Below are positions 52,107 through 64,000 of a DNA stretch of 64,000 bases, in pieces. Within the stretch, counting starts at the first letter, position 1. The number at the start of each line of letters is the position of its first letter. The notes beneath the pieces were generated by a model. The model saw nothing but the letters and a program-made list of their open reading frames with translations, was not told the DNA's origin and ran no database searches. Origin of the DNA: Sphagnum compactum (Eukaryota); the NCBI GenBank assembly GCA_965153455.1, contig OZ234493.1, positions 33,966,213 to 34,030,212 of the forward strand, in the 5' to 3' direction. Made by a program: the position numbers and the translations under genes.

Positions 52107-53229
52107 TGTGACATGGATTTCAAGTGGAGGTGGCCACTTTGTGTGAGAACTATCTACCTCAACTGCATTGAAGGTGTTTGGCACCTTTTTGTTTTCATCA
52201 TTCAATAGAAGTGTTGGGCGGCTATGTGCAATGATACCTAGTTATGATGGGCGAAATATCTAAGATAAGTTCAAGTTTTTTTTCTTTGTTTGTCAAATTT
52301 GTTAGATGTTTGGATTTGTTGATGCGTTTTTTGTGGCTTATTGATTTTGGATGCTACAAAATGTCATTTGCAATTGATTCTTTTAGGACTTGTTGTGGAG
52401 CATGCTTGACTTTTTAAAGGGTTATAATGTAGTTAAACTCTTTTTCTTTAGATTTGGAGGTTGGCTATGTAGAATGTGTACAAAATTTCTTGTGTCTTGT
52501 TGAAGAGAAGTGTTCTTGACAAGTGTTTATTTAATTCTCTATTGATTACTCCACTATGTAAGGAATTTAGAATTATTTGTTAGAAGGTATGTTAAGGAAT
52601 TACAATTTAGAGGCACATGGAAATGATGAAAGGCTAGAGGGAGTTTGAAAATGTGTTTGTGTGATTATGTGTGTTTGGGTATGTTACGCTTAAGTGTGTG
52701 TTGAGTGATTATTTGGTGTGAGGGGGTGAAACTTGTGAAGATGGGAATCTAAGAGAAATGTAGTTCTTTGTTTTTACAAATGCATGTCTTTTTTATTGTT
52801 GTTGCAATTATGGTTAGCTGAGTATTATCTCTTGTAAAAGCTTATGTTGCATTATGGACAAATATGAATAATCAGTAATGTTGTCAAAACATTAATCTAT
52901 CTATTTTGGTGTGGGTTTTATGTTGTGTAACTATTCAATACCTTATTTGTTAGTAGAAATGGGAATTGTGGTTATATCGTATAATATGTTATGGACTTGA
53001 AGTCTTGTTGATGGAATCACAATAGAAGACAATGATAGTTCATGAAAGTGAACTTGAAACAATTTGATTCTTAATTGTGTTTTATAAATTCAAGTTTTAG
53101 GATGTTTAAATATAGCCAATGATCTTGATGATGAACAAACCAAGTTATTATTCATTCAATATTGTATTTTCATTATTTATTAATATAATGAGGATGTGCT
53201 ATCTTTTGTTCCCTATCCTTTTGGTATCA
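52107..53229 (+). mobile_element. LTR copy (solo or orphan) homologous to 12316-13452
   Basis: TGTGACATGGATTT start, long collinear similarity (e.g. TTGAAGTCTTGTTGATGGAATCACAA, ATGTTAAGGAATTACAATTTAGAGGCA), ends ...TTGGTATCA. No TSD found. Confidence 0.75.
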
Positions 53230-56154
53230 AAATTGGCTTAGATATGTTTGGGTAGATAAAGTATTATCAAAATGATGAAGAATGTATGCAACAAATTTGA
53301 CGATGAAATTTTTATGGAAGGGTTTTCAAGATTAATGAATTTTTAAAATATATCCACCCTTGAGTACTTTGATATTACATTTCACTAATTTTGCCACTAT
53401 CCAAATTATAGGGTTTGATCCTAGGGAGGCAAAACCTGGTGATTTTGCGATTAGTGTAGCATTGTTAGGATTTTATATATGAGCAAGAGTATATTTATCA
53501 TTAGTAGGATTTTAAAAAATAACAACTATGTTTATAATTGGATTTATAGTGATACTGGATTAAATGACTATGGTCACTAAAGTCATGCAGAACAGCTTGC
53601 TTAAATAACTCAACATGACATGGTGTCAAGTTGTGTTCAAAACAATTATGTGTAATGTCCATGTGGATTTACACTTAAAATAAAAGTATGTAGTCATTTT
53701 ATAGTGATTTATGACACCTGCAACTATGTTACAATCATTTACAACACATGTAGTCATGTTGTAGTCATTTAAAACCAAGTTTAAAATGTCATTAGAGGGA
53801 ACTGAACCTTCACATTTCCACAATCACAAACTAACTCTTTAACCATCCACCCAATACTTCAACTTGTGATGTATTATGTCATTGCATAAATATGAACATA
53901 TTTGAAATCCTATGCATTATCATATCATTATTTAATTATGTAAGTTCATAATGAAATTAATTTCACATTATAATTACATAATTATAATTTATAAAAATAA
54001 ATAAATTAAACTCAGTATTCAAATTTAATGTTCTAAAATTATGATTTCAGTATAAATTAAATATAATTTGCAATTTGTAACTCAATTTAGTATTTAATTT
54101 TCAATATTTGGTTCATACATTCAGATATTTGTTAATAATTAAATTAAACTGATTTAATATATTTTGGGGTCATAAATTAAAATTAAAAATTTTAATTAAA
54201 TTTAATCCATATTTTATCATTCCATACTTCCATAAAATTATAAATTATAAATTTTTGATATGTAAATATATTACCATCAGAATATTTTTTTTTATTTGAA
54301 ATTTTCAATTGTAAATTTTTTAAACTATAAACATACATATAAATATCACATGATTTAATTTTAAAAATAAATTTCATTATCATTGATTAAACCTTTATAC
54401 ATGTATGCATGTTGTTTGTAAAAATAACGAATTAAAATATAACATTTTTATAGATTCCTAAAAAATGATTCCACTTGAACTTACACATGTTTACATGTAA
54501 TGCATACATTACTATTATCATTACAAAATGACCCATGGGTGAAAAACATGAAAGAAGAACCATTTGTGAACCATGATTACAAATTCAAAACTATAATAAT
54601 GCTTAAGGATGTTTGAGTATCAAATCTAAAGAGATATATGTATTTTTATATTTTGAATTTTTTTGAACACATGGATCCCTTCTTGTGGAACGTATTAAAG
54701 CTCACAAAATATTGAAACGATTTGGTGAACATTTGATAATGAAAAAAGACTTTTGAAACCAAAAAAACCACTTGTCCCCATGTTTTTTTTGAGTGCTTTA
54801 AACATATAAAAAGAATCTTATAACATGGTGAATTCTCATGAAATTTTTGTAATTGCAACTTTGAAAGTAGAAGAACTTATTTTAATTTTTTTTAAAAACA
54901 ATTGATATATAGTGTTCCTATGGTGATTTTTCAAAAATTATTTAAAAAAAAAAAGACTATCCACACACTTTGTGGCTCCTTTTTTCATGTTTTCACCCCT
55001 ATGAAAAAATTTATGAATGTATGTTAAATTATATTTTATGATGTATGATGTCAATTATTACCCTAGTACCTTGGCCAATTTGACATTAATTATATTATTT
55101 TCAGAAATGTTGAAATTTTCAAAAATTATTTTCCCCAAATCAAAAAATATTGTGAAGAAAAATAGTGAATATTTAGGAATATTCGATGTGTTGAAATGGC
55201 CAAGGTATTACGGTATTTACATTGTTGATTTAACTCATGATATACAATTAGGTTATGACTATGATTACATTAGTTTGATTACATACTTACATTATGTGGC
55301 AAAATTACCCATGTTAAATGTAAAATGATGAACATTTTCCACATCATATTTTAAATAATATTACAATTTGTTTAATAGATGGTTGCATAAGACACAAAAA
55401 TCCTTTTAATAGCATATGCCATATCATAATGTCATATGTTACATCATGTCATAATTATATTGTTGGTTAGTCACTTTAACAACTTTACATCTTTAGCTTG
55501 AATGGATATAAAATTGAATACATGTCACATTATGTTAAACATTCATTCCATGAATCCATTAGTTGTAATAGCCATTAGATTGCAACTACACGTTGTCACA
55601 TAAGCTAGATAGTTTGCAAATATGGTTCATAGTTGGTTGTTGAGGATCACTAAATTGTTTAAGAAGTGGTTGCATAGGATATAAATTCATCTAGTGTGAT
55701 GACATCTATAGATGATTGGAGTTGGGTCTTCCTCATCAAACATAATGATAGGTTTTTTACACCTATAAATGGCCCTATACTATGATGTGAAAAAAAACGT
55801 AAATTGCATGAAAATCCTAATGCAATACTTAGGGTAGGGGGATGTATGGTTGTATATTAATATGACGTTCTTGGGAGGATTTGCAATATTCTTTAAACCA
55901 AAACATAGGGATATATTACATGAGGGCAATTGAATTATCAGAGTGGAGTTTCTTGAATGTGAAACATATGTATTAAGCTATACACTTTAAAAGAATGGAG
56001 AAGGGGTATTAGTTTGGGTTTATGCAAGTAGTGATGACATTTGTTTTAACAAGAAAATTGACAACAACAAGATGATGACAATAAGAATAAAGGAAAAACT
56101 TACCAAGAACAGGGTTGGCTTTTGATGCATGCGCCCTCTGTGCCTTCAATTTAA

Positions 56155-56739
56155 GGCCTTTAGTAGTTAGGGCTTTGCCCCCATCAATTATTTCTTATTT
56201 GACAAAGGGTACTCATCATAATGTAATTACTACATACTAGATCCATCTTGCAGTTGAGCATTGAATTTTGATTAAGTAAGGGCATAACATAAAGTGCAGA
56301 CAGCCACGGGGACTCCGGCAAAATATAAGCGCTGGTCCCCTTTGGTAAAGTGCTTGTTATTGCTGTTACCTACTGGCATCTGTCGTAAAAAGTTGGTGGA
56401 TATCATGTCGACGATTATAGATGAACAAAGATTCTTCGACACATTGCATAAGATGTTTAATGCCAAGATAGTAGGAGTAGATATTAAGGACCCAGGCATT
56501 TTACAAGGAAATACGCTTTCACTCTTACTATGCAACATTTACCTTCACAAATAAAACGAAGAGATCCTGCACCTGAAGCTCGGCCTTTAGTAGTTAGGGC
56601 TTTGCCCCCATCAATTATTTCTTATTTGACAAAGGGTACTCATCATAATGTAATTACTACATACTAGATCCATCTTGCAGCTCAGCATTGAATTTTGATT
56701 AAGTAAGGGCATAGCATAAAGTGCAGACAGCCACGGGGA
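56155..56739 (+). pseudogene. Group II intron maturase/RT fragment between two 158-bp direct repeats; probable mitochondrion-derived insertion (NUMT)
   Basis: Repeats at 56155-56312 and 56582-56739 differ at 3 positions. The interior encodes RKKLVDIMSTIIDEQRFFDTLHKMFNAKIVGVDIKDPGILQGNTLSLLLCNIYLHK*NEEILHLK, matching group II RT 'KL..I...I.D..F...K...A...G.PQG..LSPLL.NIYLH.LD'. Confidence 0.75.
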
Positions 56740-57239
56740 GTGGCTAAAGCTTTTAGGAGCTTGTAGCAAAAAAAAATATACAGAAATATTTGAGGTTGAA
56801 TAACAATAAGATGTGCGAGCTTGCTATGCACCAATTTTGGAATGGAAGGTAATTGTCAGTGCAAAGGAAAAGTTGCATTGTTAAATAAATCACTTAACCA
56901 TGTGGTTTTTTACATTTAAATCTAGAAAACAAGAAACCTCTTCCATATCTAAGGGACATATGGGTTCAAACATTGCCTATAGATCAATATAGATACATCA
57001 GGATTTTTGTTCCTGGGATGGAATGTTGGTTTAGGATTAAAGATAGATTGGTGAAAGTGGAACATGTTGGGGTTCAAGATTGTTGAATTGGATGTTGGAG
57101 ATTGATAAAACTGGAATGCAGAGATGGATTATTGAAAGTGAAGATCATGTGTATTTCTATGTGTATCCCTAATTGAATATATATATTTTAATAGAAGAAG
57201 ATTCCTTATCAATTTTTTGTTTGCATGATGACTAGCCCC

Positions 57240-59850
57240 AAGGGCATGGATGAATTGTTCTGGGTAAAAGAGTTTGAAGGTGTTTTAGACTAGACTAAGT
57301 AGTTGGAGATGGTGTCAAAGGTGCAACACTATGATGAACTCAAGTTTTTCAAAATTGCAAGGTTGAATTTGCATGGCAAAGTTAAGGATTGGTACAAAAA
57401 TCTTGAACCTACACTTGTTAATCGTAATGAGATGAAGGTTGGAATGCAACAGAAATTTGGAGATGTACATTTAGATGAATTATGAATGAAAATGGATGCA
57501 ATTAAGTAGGAGTTATAACAATGCATCCAATTGTATTTTGATCGGCTTGACAAGTTGTTCAGAAAGGGAAGGTAAAAGACATGGAGCAAAGGTGTAGACT
57601 CCTTGCACATCTACATTTAGATATTAAGAAAAGTTTATGGTGAGAAGTTATGCCAATGTTGAAGAAATGTTAATAGTTGTGAAGGAAGTTGAGAGGGTAT
57701 TGGGTGAACTTGGAAAGACACCATTTGAGCCTCTCAAAGAGAAACAAGAAGAAGGTATGATCTTTGATGTAGTATTGGGGAAAATATGTCATTATTTTGA
57801 ATGAATCTTCCATTAAATTTTTCAAGGGAGTTTCATTTGGTTTTGGAACAAATTCACCATGAGCCAATAGTTCCAATGTGTGTCAGATTTGTAAATCCAT
57901 TTATCATATTGCCACAACGTGCCCGTGCATAAAAGACTTGAAACCAAAATGTGCCAAATGTGGTCATCCACATAAGATGAAGTTTTGTGGAGTAAAATGT
58001 GGATATTGCTCTGGTATGGGACATGTTGAAGATAGATGTAAGCATCAAAAAGATAAAAAAACATTGTTTACATCCAACAATTATTTGGAGGTCTTTGTGG
58101 ATGATGATGAAGTGACATTGGAGCATTTGAATAGGTTATGTGGAACGAAACATGATATTTTCTCCGAAGCTAAGATACCTAGGAGGCAATTACTTGTGGA
58201 AACACATGATGTAGAAGTAGCTAATGACAAAAAGACTAGACATGTGGACATGTTGGAAAAAGCTCCATAGAGCACGATCCAAAATACTTACCCATTTCAT
58301 GAAAGGAAAAATTTCCTTATCACCCATGGAGATTATCTCGCCAATACTTAGAGAGTTGGAATATTTGGAAAGTTTAATCAAATTAGCAAGGAAGAATCAT
58401 GATGAAGTTTTAAATTTAGTTAACCTCATGAAGGTGGAAGGATCTCATGCAATGCATAACATCAGCATCAATAGAACCCATTGTAGCAAGCTGCCTCATC
58501 TAGTTGCAGAGATAAGTAATCCTTTGGTTGAAGGTTTAGTAGACATTGGTGCTTCAATGTTTGGGATGTTTGCTAGTGTGGTTCGAGAATTCGGCATCAT
58601 GTATATTTAATTGTTGGGTCAAAGCCATACAAGGCTGCATATGGTGTGGTAATTCAAGCATTTGGTAGGATTAATGAGCTCCATGTGAGGGTTGGTGACA
58701 TCCAATGTTTGATGACTTTCATGATAGTGGACACTAATAGTTATGATGTTTAGTTGGGTTTAGACTTTCTTATCAAGATAGGAGTTATGGTGGATGTTGA
58801 AAAGGGGTTAACACATATTCAATAAGCTCTAGGAAACAATGTACATATTTTGTCATTAAACATGAATATGTTACAATTGGTGATAGAGAGAAGTTGCAAT
58901 GAAGATGAGGATAATTGAAATGACATTTTGCAATTGTGGGGTATTGGATCTTAGTCACTAGGAATAAAGAAGGACATGTCAATGCTCCAAGAAGACAGCC
59001 AAACATTGGCCGATGATGAAATTCATTTCAATTCTTCTGATGATTCAAATGAGGAGATGGAGGAGATGGCAAATGATGAACAAGGAAGGTTGTTTATGCA
59101 AGACAAATTAGAAGTGGTTAAAGATCTAATGGACAACATGATAAAGTTTTTTGTGCAAAAGGAAGGTACCAACTAAATCATGAATTTGATTTTGGAAGAA
59201 CATGTTGATAATGTGTTTTTTGGTGAAATATCTGATTCTAATGACTTTGAAAACTAGATGAGTTTTGTTGCATAGGATGAAATCATAGGAATGGGCAATT
59301 CATGGCTACAACATGTAAGTGTTTGATGGTTTTCAATTGGAAGCAAAATCAAATGTTCAAGATGGGTGTATGGAATCCAAGGCACATGCTTACAAAATTA
59401 TTTTATTAATGAAAAAGGACGATAGCCATAGATTTTGTGGTGATTACTGACTATTGAATTTGCAAACGTAATGGGATTCCTTCTCAATGCCATTGGTTGA
59501 AAATGTTTTGACTTAGCTTCGAAAGTCATAGTGGTTTTCTACTCTTGTTCTACAATAAGCATTTGGGCCCATTAGAATGGTTTTAGAATACAGCTGCAAA
59601 TCTACCTTAATTACTAAATTTGAATTGTTTGATTGGATTATCATGCCATCTAAGATGAAGATGCCACAAGTACCTTTTCAAAGACCATGACAAAAGTCTT
59701 TGGGGCTTATGTGGACAAATTTCTGAAAGTGGTTGTGGATGATTTGAATGTCCAGAACATGAGTTGGGAGTAGCATTTAGAACATCATTGATGCACGTTG
59801 TTAAAGTTAAGGGAAGTTAACCTCAAACTTAACCCTCGAAAATGAATATG
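57240..59850 (+). mobile_element. Ty3/Gypsy gag-protease-RT remnant
   Basis: Gag: LEMVSKVQHYDELKFFKIARLNLHGKVKDWYKNL. Zinc knuckles CQICKSIYHIATTC, CAKCGHPH, CGYCSGMGHVEDRC. Aspartic protease VEGLVDIGASM. RT: LFDWIIMP...TFSKTMTKVFGAYVDKFLKVVVDDLNV...LKLREVNLKLNPRK. Many stops. Confidence 0.88.
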
Positions 59851-61934
59851 TGAAGTCTAACCTCACGGTTATGATGGTCATCTCCATGTTATGATGGTTT
59901 ACAATTGTGTGCAAGGTTCAAGAAGGAAGTATGCATTCGACTATGTTTACAATATGGCATGTGCTAAAAGGGACAAATGTTTTTCAAGATTAAGTAATAA
60001 CATTGGAAGAAACCAATTTTATTTTTAGTGAACAACATAAATGTTATTTGTGAAATTTTTTAAGTGACAAGAGTTCTATCCATGTGCATCAACCATTTGA
60101 TGTAATCTCTAGGCCAAAATCTTGCAATAATAAACCTATCCAGCACATTGGGACATTTAAGATCTTGAATCAACAACAAAACAAATGGGAGCCCAATCGT
60201 GCTTTCCAAGCAATTTTGTTGCCACCTACACAAGTTCCTCCACCAAGGCATGGATTGATATACATCATCACCTCCAATGTGCCCCAAAACATCAAACAAA
60301 TATAAGATCATAACAATAAAAAATTTCTCAACATGCATTGCATGGATTTTGTCACAATAATGCCAAGTTCATTGGGTGGACAAGGGAAGTGGGTGCATTA
60401 TAACACATTTACTACATTTGCAACATGTAACATATTGGAAGGATTCATTCATCACCCAACTTACTTGAAGTTGGAACAAAGTTCAATAGTTAACAAGTTG
60501 TGCTAAGTGAGTCAAATGTGGTCCTATGTAGAAAGTGGACTGTAATCCAAAATGGCAGAATTGTCTTATGTGCAAATGCACAATACATTATACATTATAC
60601 ATTATATGTTTATTTTCTATTCTTTCATTTAATTTTTCTCATGAAATGTGGAATGCAAGAGAATACTTCCAAAATATATTCACCTCTTTTATATTGTTGA
60701 GATTTGTGACAAAATACATTTAAATATGCAAATTAGAAGTCTTAGATGCAAGTTAGTTTGCCTTGTCCAAAACTTCAAACATTTTCTAAAATGGAAAACT
60801 TTTTTATTATTTATGGGATGGGGTAATACATTAAATATACACATTTTCAAATGTTGTAATTCTTTCAGTTCAATTTGCTCTTGAATTTGTTTCATTAAAT
60901 ACCTAGTTGAATGTTCAAGTACATCCAAAATGAAAATATTAAAAATAATTTGATTTGCAATATGATGTTCTTGATGTGGAGCTTGAAGCATAATCCAACT
61001 TGAATCCAGGAAAGTCATTAAACAGTTGCTAACCTTGTCTACAGCTTTCATCAATTTCAATTATTCCAAAAAAATTTAATCCATTTCCAACCTTAGTGTA
61101 ATCAATTTTCATTTTCCCTACCCTCTTAAATTTGAAGTATTATAATAAACCTAATTTTTCCATGTGTAAATAGATTTTCATCCATCCAACATCAAGAATC
61201 CAAATAAAATCTATCATTAGCATGTTGAAGGCACATCGGTCTGATGATGGCAGCCCTTTGCAATTGAGTGTACTAAGTGCCTGGGAAATATGCTCTTAGT
61301 ACATTTCAATTGAGTGTACACAAATGCAAATCCAATGCCAAGAGAAATTACAAAGCCTCTCGGGTAAAGGTTACCCCTAAACGACTCTCAGGCAGCCTGG
61401 AAATACAATACTTTTCTATGGCCAGCTTAGAGATGGTAGAAATCTGGATACCCAAAACAGAACACATTTTGTCATACATTTTGGCCTTCCTTCCCACACA
61501 CATGACATACACTTTTTCTTCCCAGAAGTAAAAGGAACTTGTGCAAAATGTAATTTTAGATGATTTAGGGTTTAGGGTTTAAGATTGACTTTGTTCAAAT
61601 CCCACTATACAAATCAGTTTCCTGACTTGGGTTGGGGGGGCTGAGCACAGGCACACTAACAGTAAGCTGCAGTGTTTGAGCAAGAAGATGCATCGTGTTC
61701 AAGCCACAACTGCAAACCATTACAAACCCCAAGTCCTGAAGGTTTTATCCTCAAGACTTTGAGGGAGAGAGAGAGAGAGAGCAAGACATCAATACACACG
61801 TTTTCTTCACACTGGTAGTAGTGGATCTACACAGTTTCATTTTGGGTTCTTATGATACAGAAAACACACACAGATTTGCACTGCAGAAGAAGAGGAAGAC
61901 TGGGGGGAAAAAAAAAACAAAGGTTCAGTTTGCC

Positions 61935-64000
61935 TTATTCATCTTGACTTGGCCTTGAGCTTGTTCTTGATGTCCTGTGCTTGTGGAGAGTGAGTGCTTG
62001 GAATAGTATCAGAGAAATGGAGGTAAGAACACGGTAACCAATCGCCATCCCTGCCAGTATGAGAACGTTTTCCCACTTGCCTATTCTCGCCTTTGGTACT
62101 TGGAAGGTGGTTTGCAAAGTAACTTGCGGGGATATTGCAGGTGCATTTGGAATGTTGGATGGAAATGTTACCCCTGTATACTCATTTTCCAAAAGCCCCT
62201 GTGTGTGGCAACCATCATCAACCCCCTCCCCTCAATTAGTTCTTGATGTAGATTGGAAACAATGTGTAGAGTTAGTTGGCAAAATCCGAGAGAAATAATA
62301 TCCATTCCATGATTTGATGAAAAACACAAACAAAAATGAGTTCAAGAAAGACCTGGATGGCATAAGTGTAAAATGAAAGATAGGATACTGGGTAAGTCCA
62401 CACTGGCTTTGGTAGCTCATCTCCCAGCCGGAAATATCCCGCAACCAGCAGCATCAGTATCTGTCACCAGCAAAGAATCCAGCATGCATCAGATGAAATG
62501 CTTCTTCCCAAACCGAAAGCACCGGATGCAAAAATGGACTCAGTATTCACACATTCATGAATGTAGTAGCAGCTTTGAGAGAGAGAGAGAGAGCTCAGGA
62601 AATTGCAAGTATGTAGGTAGGTAAGTGTTCAGAAGACTGGTGTACCTGGATGCAAAGTGTGGTAATGATCCCTTCAAAAACTTTGGGCAAGGCGGTTGCT
62701 ATGAACATCATCAGGCCATCCATGATAGCAAAACACATGAAGACATTGATCACAAAATACATAAAGTGGGTGAAAGATGGATGAAGTCCAATGAGGAAGT
62801 ATGAGATTGAAGAGCACACAAGTGCCAGCACCAGTAAGAAAGGAATTGATGCCAACAGGTTTGCAAAGACAAACTTGCTGCTGATTGCTGTACTACGTCT
62901 GTTTGCAATTTCTTGAGAAACAACCTGTTGGGGAAAGCCAAATTATCAGAGCCACCACACAATTTGGTGCATGACTACCAGAGACATGAGACGTAGATTT
63001 CCACATAATCCATCTGTAACAGGTCAGATTACATACCAAACCCAACAAGCATAACTAAAAGTATAGCCTTCATGAGATGACTCAGAAAGAGAGCAGACAA
63101 ACGGTTCACAAAAGAAACTAACCTTAACTTCTTTTACGATAGCAGGAAAACCTGCGATTGATAGAAACCCAAGAAACGCAACTGTCACAAAGATGGCAGC
63201 TGCTCTTCCCTGGCCAACACATCACCAGTTCAGACAATCATTTACATCAATACTGCAGAGAAAATGAACTTCAAAGATTTCTAAAAAGTGCAGATGTGGA
63301 AATTTCTGAAATCATGTCCAAAACATCATCACATCATCATATTGCCCATAGGATTTCTGATGTGATGAGAAAACAATGTAAAAAGAGTGTAAAAACAAGG
63401 GATACTATCCACACATTCCCACAGTCAATCTATACATTTGTGCTTACCCGAATGGAGTTGAAGGAATGGCCAAGATTGTAAAACATAGTCCCAATGCACA
63501 AGGTTAGCACTGTGGAGAGCAGCAACCGCAGCCAATAGTAGCCAAAATTACGTCCCATGCTCACACATGAACGCCATGTCAAAACTGACATGCACATCAA
63601 CAGGCCAGCATGGCCTGCGCTTTCCAAAATTGGCCCTTCCTGAACATACATGAAAATTCACCGAACTTTTACACACTCGAGAGAAAATATGAGTGACTAC
63701 TGACAGATCACAGAATGAAATAGAAAGTCTTCCCTGTTGACAGACTGATCACGGTGGTAGCAGTATCCTGAAGAGAGGTACAGTACAGCAGCATCTAGGG
63801 TTGGTTGCCAAACATAATAGTTGACTTTTTTTTCTCTTGGAAGTAGTGGTGTGCCAAATCCTTAAAAGACATAGGTGAGATGTTGAAGGGTTTTTCCATA
63901 CATTTTCGCAAAGCTGAACCACAAGAGACTGCACAAGTCCGAAGTCAGATGAAGCTTGAAAAGTTGCTTCCAACGTGCGTAATGCCACAGATGACTCAAT
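61935..64000 (-). CDS. ABCG3: ABC transporter G family half-transporter, ABCG3/WBC3-like. Only the 3' part (transmembrane ABC2 domain) is in the window.
   Basis: Minus-strand GT-AG exons 64000-63902, 63639-63448, 63209-63123, 62924-62646, 62460-62353, 62198-61935 (TAA), all joining in frame. Motifs: VALRTLEATFQAS, VLTWRSCVSMGRNFGYYWLRL, LGHSFNSI, LASIPFL, MYFVINVFMC, GYFRLGDELPKPVWTYPVSYLSFYTYAIQGLLENEY, KWENVLILAGMAIGYR. Confidence 0.92.

Noticed and set aside
59900..61100. Several 60-123 aa ORFs between the Gypsy remnant and ABCG (similarly 14500-15700 and 50190-50960)
   Set aside because: No recognisable motifs or consistent exon structure. Probably unclassified decayed TE sequence.
61564..61581. 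Telomeric TTTAGGG x2.5 downstream of the ABCG stop
   Set aside because: Too short for an interstitial telomere. Such telo-box-length motifs are common.

Overview
AT-rich eukaryotic nuclear DNA from a land plant. The gene sequences and repeat landscape suggest a moss, probably Sphagnum; this is inference. Three intron-containing genes are present: a CstF-64-like polyadenylation factor (+, 293-4428, 5' end outside the window, apparent +1 frameshift in the RRM), a plastid-type ferritin (-, 18565-20849, 8 coding exons) and the 3' part of an ABCG3/WBC3-like half transporter (-, 61935-64000). The space between is mostly decayed transposons. These include two solo LTRs with 5-bp TSDs, a nested Gypsy>Copia>MITE stack abutting a Mutator-like remnant with a GCM-like zinc finger, Harbinger/Tourist and CACTA MITEs, Gypsy gag-pol remnants and minisatellites. 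The most notable oddities are the CstF-64 RRM lesion (possible ESP1-like RRM-less product), a group II intron maturase fragment between 158-bp direct repeats (probable NUMT), and an orphan CpG-rich island with ABA-type cis elements and no recognisable gene. All homology calls are from recognition of motifs, not database searches.
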